This document shows positions 20,283 to 30,020 of a stretch of 30,020 nucleotides of DNA, piece after piece. The DNA lies in NCBI GenBank assembly GCA_021432655.1, contig MU271324.1, positions 62,001 to 92,020 on the forward strand, read 5' to 3'. Source of the DNA: Atractiella rhizophila (lineage: Eukaryota). Below the pieces are notes generated by a model. The model ran no database searches. It was not told the origin of the DNA and was given only the letters and a program-made list of their open reading frames with translations. The first letter of the stretch is position 1. Each line of letters opens with the position of its first letter. The position numbers and the translations under genes are program-made.

Positions 20283-21705
20283 GTGGAATTGTAGAGAAAG
20301 GCACGAGCGATGGAGAAGATGGAGAAGAGTGGCTTTTATTGAGAGACCTTGAGAATTGTGTATCAAATGGCAGGCTTGGGAAGGTGAGTCAACACGCTGC
20401 GGAGCCCTCACAACACTGTGACTCTTCAATTAGCCTGCCGCCGCTTTGCTGCGAGCTATGACGAACACTTTCGAGATCTTCGAGAATGTGGCTGGTTGTG
20501 GCGTAGATGTTTTAGCGAGAGGCAAGTATAGTCGCCTTTGCCATGAGAGCAATGGGGAGCTCTAGTATTAAGAATTGAGGGCATTTTTGCTTCCGCACTA
20601 CGGCTCTCAAGATCACATCTCCTCAAGTTGTCAGAACCATGCTATGCATTATCAACACCGAATCTAGGTGAGTGTGGGGATACAGCATGTCACGATGGTA
20701 TGGCTTCAGGTGCAGAGATCTTCTGCTGCTGTGCAAACAAATACCATAAAGAGGGTCTGTCATTGTCATAAAACGCTCAAAACAAAGGGATAGTAAGCTC
20801 TACTACAACTGGTTGAATGGCTTTGACGGAGAATGGATGGTTTTCATGCCGCCTCTGAACGCATTCACATTCGCAGGTTCAAAAATTTGCGCGACATAAA
20901 CCCCTCTTCCCAGCCACTCTATATAGCAAGAAGAATATCAACTCACTGCTCTTATGTTCGGCGAATCACACCCCCGAATTGCCTAAGATGCCTCAACATT
21001 TTCAACGGAAGGGTATCACACGATAAGAGTCGTTACTGCCAATGTAGACGACAGGGATTCGAGAGTATGAGAGTTGATTAGAAGATTTGAAGCTCAAGGG
21101 CAGCTTTCATTACTGAACACAGAATTCAGAGAACCTTGAGGGAGCTCTGTTGTTTTGTTGTTGCTTGAAGGCCTCGGAAGGTTCGGAACTTTTGGCTCAA
21201 GGTTCTGATATGACTCGAGCGGAGGGTAGACGAGCCAGTCGTGTCGTGAAGTTAGGAGCCAGGCCATCATGGCGTAGATGATTTGGAAAGAGATTGTGGA
21301 AATGAAGACTTTGTGTGTGGTGCGCATGTTTCCAGTTTCTAATCTTGCAAGGTCGTTATGAGTATTATGACCTTGGACCTTGAAATTCCTTGAGCCTCTG
21401 CTATTATTTATTGCTTACAATAGTGCTGAGGTTTGAAGGTCTCGGCCTTGAGCCATGAAGCGTGCCGTGCATGACTACAACACCGCATACACGCATCGTT
21501 GCTTCTGCCAGACAAAAACACAATGCTTTTTGTAACTGGGGCGACGATAACGGAAACTATCGAAGAGGTGCGAAAAGTGATTCTCTCCACCTGACAAGCC
21601 ATGTTGTGTCTCTGTTACTGTCGGCTTTTGACCAACTGCCCTTAACTATTTGTTAGAAGAAGCTCGTGCGTGAGTTTTTTCTTAAGAGATGTTCAAATCA
21701 AACCC

Positions 21706-21800
21706 CAAGAAGAGCAAATGCTCAGTATTGTCCGAGCGAAAAGAAAGCCAGTTGATAGGTGGTTAGCACTAAGTTCAGACTAGTCCCGTTTCTTCCTTCT
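21706..21800. repeat. Diverged ~100-bp dispersed repeat, copy 1
   Basis: Shares CAAGAAGARCAA, ATGCTCAGTATT, GTTAGCA, TAAGTTCAGA and AGTCC in the same order with 26685-26795. Confidence 0.6.
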
Positions 21801-22431
21801 TATATGACTGTATTTAAAAAGTGTTTTTTTTTCACTTCCAAGCGGTTAAGCTTTATCCAGTTTCTCGCTCCTTTCTCCATGCTCTGCTTTCGGCCGTTCA
21901 AGATAAGCTGGCTGAGCATGTGGGGATGAGCGAATTGCCGTTTGACGTCTCACATACATCTTTGCCAAAAACAAATTGATCCGTCATGTTTACTCATTCG
22001 GAGTCTCACCACTCGAACCATGTTTCTTATCAGTGGCATGCGACATGAGAGCATTTTGTGAACATCATACTTCGTCCAGTACCTTCCCTACATCCCTACC
22101 CCTACTCCATTGCAATCTTTGGACGGAAGAGGATAAGGAGCTTCATTGTACGCCGCGAGGCGGAACGACAGTGAACTGCACACATTGTTCACTCCCCTGA
22201 GATACTCCAATTTCTCCACTGTTCAGTGTGAGATCTGTGTTTGCTCCTTACCAACCCCATCACTGTTGTTTGATAGAAGAATTCAGCCAAGAGTCTTCTG
22301 GAAGGAATTTTCTGCTATCTCGTTCTCCCTCCCTTCTATCGTCACACTTTTTATCACGCTCTCCCTTGCTTCGATATCCGATATGATATCTTTTCTGCTT
22401 TTTGATCGGAAGTTGAAATCCCACTCCAACA

Positions 22432-22438
22432 TATAAAA
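22432..22438 (+). promoter_or_regulatory. TATA box of the small secreted peptide gene
   Basis: TATAAAA about 80 nt upstream of the ATG at 22514, which has an A at -3. Confidence 0.55.
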
Positions 22439-22513
22439 GCGCTCTTCGTTGGCTAGTTCCCACAGAGCCTCAAGCTATCAAACGACCTCCAGCTCCAGAC
22501 AAGCTCAGAAATC

Positions 22514-22726
22514 ATGAAGTTCACTCAAGTTATCTTCGCCGCCATCCTAGCGCTTACAGTCAGCGCTTCTCCGGTTTTGGAGAAGAGGTGTTCTTGTCTG
22601 TTTCTTTCGTACTTGATTGATACCGTCAAGCTGATATTGCACTGGCTCCACGCAGGCACTACAGCTCCTCTTTGCAAGCCCGACGTCTGTGGCATCATCC
22701 ACGGCACTCCAGTCGACGATGCTTGA
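22514..22726 (+). CDS. Small secreted Cys-rich peptide precursor (50 aa if intron 22596-22655 is spliced)
   Basis: Signal peptide MKFTQVIFAAILALTVSA, propeptide SPVLEKR (Kex2 site), intron GTCTGT..GCTGAT..CAG, mature CSCTTAPLCKPDVCGIIHGTPVDDA. Confidence 0.75.
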   Translation: MKFTQVIFAAILALTVSASPVLEKRCSCLFLSYLIDTVKLILHWLHAGTTAPLCKPDVCGIIHGTPVDDA

Positions 22727-23182
22727 AAGCTCAATTTCAGGTGGGCTGTCTGTTCGGAATCCGATTTTGAGACGACAGCTAATGCTTCGAAAGTAGGAAG
22801 TGAAGTCTGCTAGCTCAATGTTATTGTAACGGATGAAGACTGTACCCTCTTGATGAAATTGAGAACACTCTATGGCTAGCTATGGCCCTGTTGTCTCTGC
22901 ATCTGCGGCTCTCCTGACACTGCGCTCCGACTCCCCGACTGGAAAACTACGACTTCATTCCACGGTGTCTCAACTGATATATACTGTCCCGAGCTGATGC
23001 CTTTACTTAAGACTTGACTGATATGGGGTTCCCGTAGCCTCCTTGTAGAAGCTACGTCGCTTGCGTGGATGCTCATAAAAAGCGGCGACCTCCAGAGAAA
23101 GTCACTCTCTATGCTTTGCACATGCTGTTGAAGAATATCGGAGTAAATTTCTCTAGCCTCCTTCATAACTCATGAAGCTAAA

Positions 23183-24023
23183 TCAGGCATATTGTCCATT
23201 ATGTTCTTTTGAAATACGCGTCAGCGTTGCATCTCCCACTGAATTTTGAAACCCCCATCTCAGCGACTTGACCATGGTCGCCTTCCTGCCTCGACGCTCC
23301 TCTGATCCAACCGTCTCCAGTACACGTATCGGCAACAAGAATATCCTTCCGCTCCTCAACAACATAGCCGCGTCGCGAACGACAGGGCGATCGTTAGCGA
23401 CATAGGCGCCATAGACCAAGGAAAGCGCACAGTGCCCTGGCGCCCAAAGCAGAGGGTACCTTCCGATGTCGAAGTGAATATTGTCATAGGGAAGGGTCGA
23501 GATTTTGGTGGATGTCGAGGTATCACGGTGGAAGGTGGGAGCGTCAGAGATCGCACTATGGTTTGAAGGACGTAGAGGATAGGAGGGAGAGAAGCCAGAC
23601 GGGCAGTGCCATTGGTTGTCGAACGTGTTGTGGCTCGATTTGAACAGTTACACTGCAGTCGACTAGCCCATCCAGCCTCTCCCCGCCTGCACACACACCC
23701 TTCCTCGCTGGCAGGAATTTCCGCAGTGGCTGGGATCCTGTTGCGAGCAAATCGCCAAACTCCAGCCCAGTTGCCGTTCCAATTCGTTCCAATGAGAGTT
23801 CTCTGATGCAGACGCGTGGATTGTTCGCGCTTTTGCGAGGCGTGGTGAGCATTTTTGAGGACTGTTGGATGAAGAAAGATTTCCGAAGCCAGATGCTGAA
23901 TCAGAGGGCGAGTGATGTACCACGAGGGCGGTGGTGTTGGCAGATCAGACAGGACAGAGGGAGGACGGAAGTCGGATATCGGATGCGGCAGCTTGACTGG
24001 ATGGTAAGGGTGCTGCTGCTAGT
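23183..24023 (-). other. Possible hypothetical multi-exon gene or gene relic
   Basis: Overlapping long stop-free frames: about 220 codons from ~24023 to 23356 after a TAG|CAGCAG acceptor-like site, and a second frame ending at 23183. No recognisable domain. Confidence 0.25.
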
Positions 24024-24899
24024 CACAACGGATGCTCACGTTAATTAGTCTCTTCCATTCCTTCCCAGTCTGAGACAGTTGCTCCTACGCGTACTTGCAT
24101 ACATAACCGAGTTAACCCCGTGGTCCATAGCAAGCTTTTCTCTCATGGAATAGAACAAGACAAACCTCCAAGATTTACTGAACGGGCAGCCCAATGGTTC
24201 GGAGTGTTGAAATCATCACCCCTGGGTTCTCCCGAGCCTGTAGTAAGTCAGCTGGCACGGCTGTTCTGCCCTCGTATCTTGCCGAGTATCCGGGTTCAAC
24301 GTTCAGCGTTCAGCGAAGGGACCATGTTCACAACTTTGCGGCCTTCAAAACTTCACTTTGCTCAACATGCTTGACAGGTTTCAACAACGTTCGTTCAATA
24401 TTAGATTAAACTACTAATGACATGAGAATATCCTTGAAGCAAGGCTCTGCTTAAGACCCCGGACAAGGTACGTGGCGAGGACGATATTGCGCCAGCATAC
24501 ACTTAGAATAATCAACTGAACGAAGAAGTCTGACGATGCGGACTGGGCCACAGCTACTTCCATCCCGTGGTTCATGTCCTCTACGAGATCTATCGCCTTT
24601 CTCTATTCAATCCAGTGATATGATCTGCCTCACGCTCTGTACATCCCTTCCACCATTGAAATTGACTGTACCGGTTGTACAGCGACGAATAGGTTCAGTG
24701 GCAGTCGTGAGGAGTTAGGCTGATATCCGTGGGCAATACTTTGGGGATGGCGATGAGGACGTTTCAGGCCGCGTTATCGTCCTCTTGTCCACAGACATTT
24801 ATCCTCTCACTCTGGCTATAATAACTCGCCAATGCTGCCCTGTTCATCACCCCTCCACCCCTCCATTCCTCAACACTATTCCACTGTTGTTACGACGAA

Positions 24900-26162
24900 A
24901 TGTTCTCCTCTTCCCTCCTATTCGTATCCTCTACCATACTCGCATATGCCTCCGCTCAGGGAGACCCAATTGCAAACCCACCAATTGGAACGGACCCCAG
25001 CAAGGCAGCTCTCATCAAGCAGCTGAAGATGGCCCCAACGGCTGTCGATCGTGAAAACATGATTGACAAGGCGGGCGAGAGCTACATCTTTGATTTTCTC
25101 GGCTCTCCGTACGTTTTTGCATCTCAGAAAAACAACAGACGGACTAATGAGATTCATAGGTTGACCGGTGGAACCGGAAAGGATGGTTTCTTCACCCTTG
25201 CTTCAGCGGGAAACTTTCCAGCTGCCATTGGAACGGGAATGTCTGCGGCTTTCTTCGCCCTTGGGCCCTGCAGTACCATCTCCCCTCATCACCATCCTCG
25301 CGCTACCGAATTCCTCTACCTCATTGCTGGAGGTCCCATGCGTTTCGGAATCAATTTTGAAGCCGGTGGACCATGTTCGTCCTCGCTCATTTCCTAGTCC
25401 AGATTCTGATAGGAATACAGTGAAGTATGAGTACAGATTCTGATAGGAATACAGTGAAGTATGAGTACGTCCAGCCTGGGCAGGCAATCATGTTGCCACA
25501 AGGATCGATGCACTATGGCGCCGTGTTGGGTTGCGATCCCACCGTCGTCGTCTCTATGTTCAAGTACAACTCTTCTCTTCAGCTTGGAAATACTGAATAA
25601 ACACCACCACAGTTCCGAGGATCCGGGATTTCAGTTGGAGAACACTGCTCTCTTCAGTTTCGATGACGAACAGATAAAGGCTGCCCGTAAGTGTATCATC
25701 TCTCCATCTGTCACTCCTAACATTCTCGTCATCAGTCGGTATCGTAGGAGCCCTCCCGGTCGATGGTATGCCTCCTAACCCACTGCTAAATCATAATTAA
25801 CGATTTTTCTCTCAGTCGCAAATTTCCCCGCCCCTCTCCAACTAGGCTTCGAATCCTGTCTAGAAGCCTGTCAAATTCCTCCCGAATATGATATCTCCAC
25901 GGTTACCAAACTTCAAGTCATGGAAGCCGCCATCTCAGCTCTCAGTGGCCGCGCACAGGCTGGAAGTTTGAACACTCTCGACACCACAGATTACAAGAAC
26001 GGACCTTCAGACTTCAAACCTGGAGTCCCACTACAGGTTAGACCTGTACCATACGCGCCGCCTTTCAGCACAGACCCGTTTGCGAATGCCAACAACAGAC
26101 CCCCGAATTGGAAACCACCAGCGACGGTGCAAGCTCTCAATTCTTCTTCTTCGAACCCGTGA
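24900..26162 (+). CDS. Secreted spherulin-1/germin-like cupin, multi-exon
   Basis: Signal peptide; APTAVDR..YIFDF; NFPA; cupin motif 1 GPCSTISPHHHPRATE; motif 2 PGQAIMLPQGSMHY; SEDPG; CLEAC. Confidence 0.9.
25400..25467. repeat. Perfect 34-bp tandem duplication spanning a 3' splice site
   Basis: CAGATTCTGATAGGAATACAGTGAAGTATGAGTA at 25400-25433 and 25434-25467. Confidence 0.97.
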
Positions 26163-26684
26163 GTGAGGAAGAAAGACGATGAGCAGTGACAGATGTATGG
26201 GGTGGGATGCATTTCTGATTATGATTCAAGATATCCTGACTTGTAACGACGATGTGATGTCTTTACGGGTTTTATGGTAATGCACAACGCCTAGAAACAA
26301 CAACACACCAATCTTGAGATGTATGGTCGCAACATAATTCTCCTTCAAGTTTACGACACTTGCATCCTCCAACCTGATCTCCTTCGTTCTTTGTTTTGGC
26401 CATCGTGTCGTCTGAAACCCTCACATAACACACTCAAGCTCCTGCGCCCCCAGCCAGTCTGCGGCGAAGTTCAAAATTCCCAACCACCCATTCAGAGCGT
26501 TTAATGTTCGAATCGAACTTGCGTTTCTCCTCAATACCATCATGGTCACTTTCGGAAGATTCAAGAATCAGAAAACATTTTCTGCGATCTGGATCTCCGT
26601 CCTTACGTTGTCACACTTGTTCATATCCTCGTTTGCTTTCATGTCTGATACGATATCTCCCCGAAAGCGAAGGCGCCAAGTCGT

Positions 26685-26795
26685 CAAGAAGAACAAGATG
26701 CTCAGTATTTTAGTGCTATTGTTCGAGTAGACAAGAGGATTGTTAATAAGTAGTTAGCAATTAAGTTCAGATGAGTCCTTATCCTTCTGCTTTCT
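26685..26795. repeat. Diverged ~100-bp dispersed repeat, copy 2
   Basis: Collinear similarity to 21706-21800 with a short insertion. Confidence 0.6.
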
Positions 26796-27269
26796 GAGTG
26801 CCGAAAGAAGGGGAAGAAAAGCGCTTCGACCGTGCAAGTGCATAAACACGATTTTGCAAGCCGGCCGTCTGCGGCAGCATCCGCGGCACTCCAGTTGAAG
26901 ATGCTTGAATATATGAATGCTCATCAATCTCGGTTTTAGGCAGGTGGTTCATTCATACGCTAAATCTGGTACACTAACCGGGGAAGTTGAAGTCCGCTTG
27001 GTCAATATTATCACAAAGGGAAGAAGACAATATGCTGGTTAAGAGAAATCGGCGGCTGCCTATGCTCTGTTTCCTGAATGTGACGGCTTTTTGCAATATC
27101 ACCTTACTAGTACCAGGGGATTTGGAATTATTGACTGACATACCGCTCCCAACCGACATGCCGTCTTAAACCCCTTAATTATAAGCTTATGGCATCACTA
27201 AACCTCGTCCTACAATGAGAGGTTTGCGTTGCCGACGAAATTCAGACCCTGAGTGCGTCGTTCGCGTCG

Positions 27270-28408
27270 ATGCTCATAAAAGCTGGACTCTTCGTATTCA
27301 CGTACTTACGAGGTATAAGCACAGAACAGCCAGAGAAGATGCAGGGGTAGATTTCTCCAATGTTTCGTGACAAAACTAATCCAAACATAGCTTCGAGTCC
27401 CAGCTTTTGCGAAAGTACATCATGGTATTACACAACAAGCCAGATCTCTCAGACATCATCTTCACGTTTCCGAAGGACCTCTGGAAGCCGCATGAGAAGT
27501 TATATGCCAACAAAGCCTTCCTATCTTCAATATCTCCCGTCTTTCAAGCCAGTATGTACAGAGCCGAATTTAAACACGCCCCAAGTTAACGGGTTACAGT
27601 GTTTGGACCTTGCTTCGAAGAGAGTCAAGGCGAAATTGGAAAACCTTTTGTCTCCCCTGTTGTAGACACATCATATCGAACGTTTGCGGCACTTCTACGA
27701 TACATCCACACTGCGTGAGCAGTTAATCCATAGAGGTGAACCACTGAATGTCCTGCAGTCAAGTTCAATTCCGGAAAGTGTTTTCCTACGAATCCTATTG
27801 CACAGAGGACGAAACAAATGGCTACCAAAAGTCCCTAGAAAACAAGGATCACTTCTTGACGTCGTACACGCAATGGAATGAGGACCAGACACTTTCTACC
27901 GACCCAGAGACAGAAACCTGTGATCCCGTTGAACTTTACGTCCTTGCCGAAAGTAACTGTTTACAAGATGAACCTTTCGTGAAGCTGATAACAGATTACA
28001 GAATTTGATCTCCAAGAGCTCAAGAAAATAATTTTAGATCAGCTCCATCAACACCTTACGCCTCAATCGGCATACGATGCATTGTTCAGCGTACCTTCCC
28101 TCGTATTTGTAGAGCTAAGAAAAGTAATAAGGAACTACGTGTTGCAGCAATGGGTACCCAACTTTCTTCTAGTGGCAATTGTTTAATTGGTGGAATAGGC
28201 AGAAGTCATCCGATCTCCGGCTTACCTCAACCAGCAACTGTTCCTCCTGGCCTCATTATCGGAGTGTTATGACTGCATGCCGCACAGTCTGGAGGTTTCT
28301 TGGGATGTGAGAAGAAGCGCGGTTCGTGAGATCAATCACTCCTTCACCGATACAACAAGAAGGCCACAAGGCTATGGAGGTTATTGTGGTTACTGTCAAC
28401 GCTATTGA
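27270..28408 (+). CDS. BTB/POZ domain protein, multi-exon (start uncertain)
   Basis: Spliced translation gives LSDIIFTF..KLYANKAFLSSISPVFQA|MFGPCFEES..DTSYRTFAALLRYIHT..VELYVLAE|KFDLQELKK..YVLQQW. Introns are about 45-50 nt. Confidence 0.85.
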
Positions 28409-28489
28409 TTCTGCTGGCGCTGACAGCAATCTCAACTCTTTCCATTTCAAATGCCGTGTAGAATATCAATGGTTATGACTCCTCATCAT

Positions 28490-29174
28490 TAGGGCTTTGC
28501 ACCGTCCCGTCCGTCGATTTTTGTGCCTGAGACGGCGACGGGACGGGTGACCCCGTCCCGTCACCCGCACCGTCACTGAACATGGGGACTGTCTGACGGT
28601 GACGGGACTGCGACGGCAAGAAAAGGGGTGCAGACGGACGGGTTTGATGGTGAACACGGGTGTTCAACAAAATGTTCCTTTATTCTGTCCGGCATCACCG
28701 GAATATCTCATTCATGCCATGTTCTAGCCGCTAACTACTAATGCCGGCAAGCCTAGGCCTGCTTGGCTGGGCGGAAAGGTGATTTGGTTGAGCCGGCTAT
28801 GGCCCGCAAGCAGCCGGCCCACATAAGGTTAGGTTTGTACTGACCCGGAAGTCCTTTCTGGCCGTTTCGGGCCATGCAAAGGAATGTTTGCTCTGCTGCA
28901 AACAAGAAAATATGAAATTACGAAAAGCTTGCAGCAAAACAAGCAAAAAACCGGTAAAACAGGTTTAAAACTTAAAATTCATATATAACACCCGTTGTTC
29001 CCCGTCTGACCCGTCATGGAAGGGCATGAGAGGGCTGACGGACGGGTAGCACCCGTCCGTTTATACCGTCCGTCGTCAAAAAATCAAAGTTGTGACGGTG
29101 ACGGGACGGGTGGCCAAAAATGCCGTCCGTCCCGGACCCGTCACCCGTCTTGACGGCGACGGTGCAAAGCCCTA
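28490..29174. mobile_element. Non-autonomous hAT-family DNA transposon / MITE (685 bp)
   Basis: Perfect 17-bp TIR TAGGGCTTTGCACCGTC (28490-28506 and 29158-29174), perfect 8-bp TSD CTCATCAT (28482-28489 and 29175-29182), more than 25 subterminal GACGG/CCGTC motifs, no transposase ORF. Confidence 0.95.
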
Positions 29175-30020
29175 CTCATCATGGATGTGCTTTCGTGTCG
29201 TTTCCAACTACAAACGAATTGTAAAAATCAACCACACACGATGACTGGAGTGAGAGTGTGAAGGTTGACCGAATCTCTCACCAAAGAAAAGTTTGGTCCA
29301 ACCCTGAGCAAATCTGGACGCAGGGAGCTCAAGAAAGCTCTTGACGGCCTTAAGGGACAGTTAAGGTACGTCATTCTCCCATTCGTCAAGTTGGAGGCGA
29401 GGGGAAAGGATGGGAGACTGCCTCCTTTATGCCTGTGTTACACTTGCACTTTGCACGCCGTGCAATGCAGCCGATGGTAAATAGATGGAAAGATGGTCTG
29501 CTCGTCGTCATTCTCATCTTGCTCGTTCTGTTTTGATCAGGAAACCAATTCGGCAATCAATCAGTCACTTTCTTTCAGATCAGATGGAGTGACCATTGTT
29601 GCCCATAGAGTTACCATCGCTTTTGTTTCCTTTTCAAAGATGTTGGGGATTCTCCACATCCACACCATTGCCCCAGAATCTTTGCAATCAGCTTTCAGTG
29701 AGCTGCGTCTACAACGCGAGCATCTCGGCACGCTCCAGGATATATACAGACTGGTTCTCATCTTTTTTCACTGGTGATCGTTGTTGCCTATCCGAAAACG
29801 GAGGGAGACAGCACATGTGAAGCTGTCGACTCTCTGTATGACAAACCCTGCAACGAGGGTCAACAACAAACATCTTCTTACATTTCTCATTTAGGCTCTC
29901 ATCAGTCAGCGCTAGTCAACTTTTACCACCATGAGAGACTGTCCTATTTGTTGCAAGCCATGGAACGGCGACATTCCATCGTTCCAAAACCACATCAACC
30001 AGTGTCTCGATGGCACTTCC

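Noticed and set aside
20430..21700. Short ORFs in the intergenic stretch
   Set aside because: All are under 85 aa, with no consistent splice model or domain.
27587..27589. In-frame TAA suggesting a BTB pseudogene
   Set aside because: It lies inside a canonical intron (GTATGT 27552 .. TTAAC .. CAG 27599), and splicing restores FQAMFG.

Overview
Eukaryotic DNA from an intron-rich fungus, probably a basidiomycete (most introns 45-115 nt, GT..AG, CTRAY-type branch sites). From left to right: a Ty1/Copia LTR retrotransposon (5' LTR runs off the window, open gag-pol ORF but truncated RNase H), an ATG-less Pro/Ser-rich exon-like ORF, a BBE-type FAD oxidase (-), a GMC oxidoreductase (-), SCD6/LSM14 (-), a divergent HEN1 small-RNA methyltransferase (+), an adhesin-like beta-repeat protein (-), a tiny secreted Cys-rich peptide (+), a spherulin/germin-like cupin (+), a BTB/POZ protein (+) and a 685-bp non-autonomous hAT element. 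The most unusual signals are an 80-bp LTR tandem unit shaped like a spliceosomal intron, a box C/D snoRNA-like element in a ~950-nt SCD6 intron, a duplicated SCD6 promoter plus first exon, a +2 frameshift that stops HEN1 before its metal-binding motif, and a 34-bp duplication that doubles a 3' splice site in the cupin gene. Gene models were built by eye and no database searches were run.
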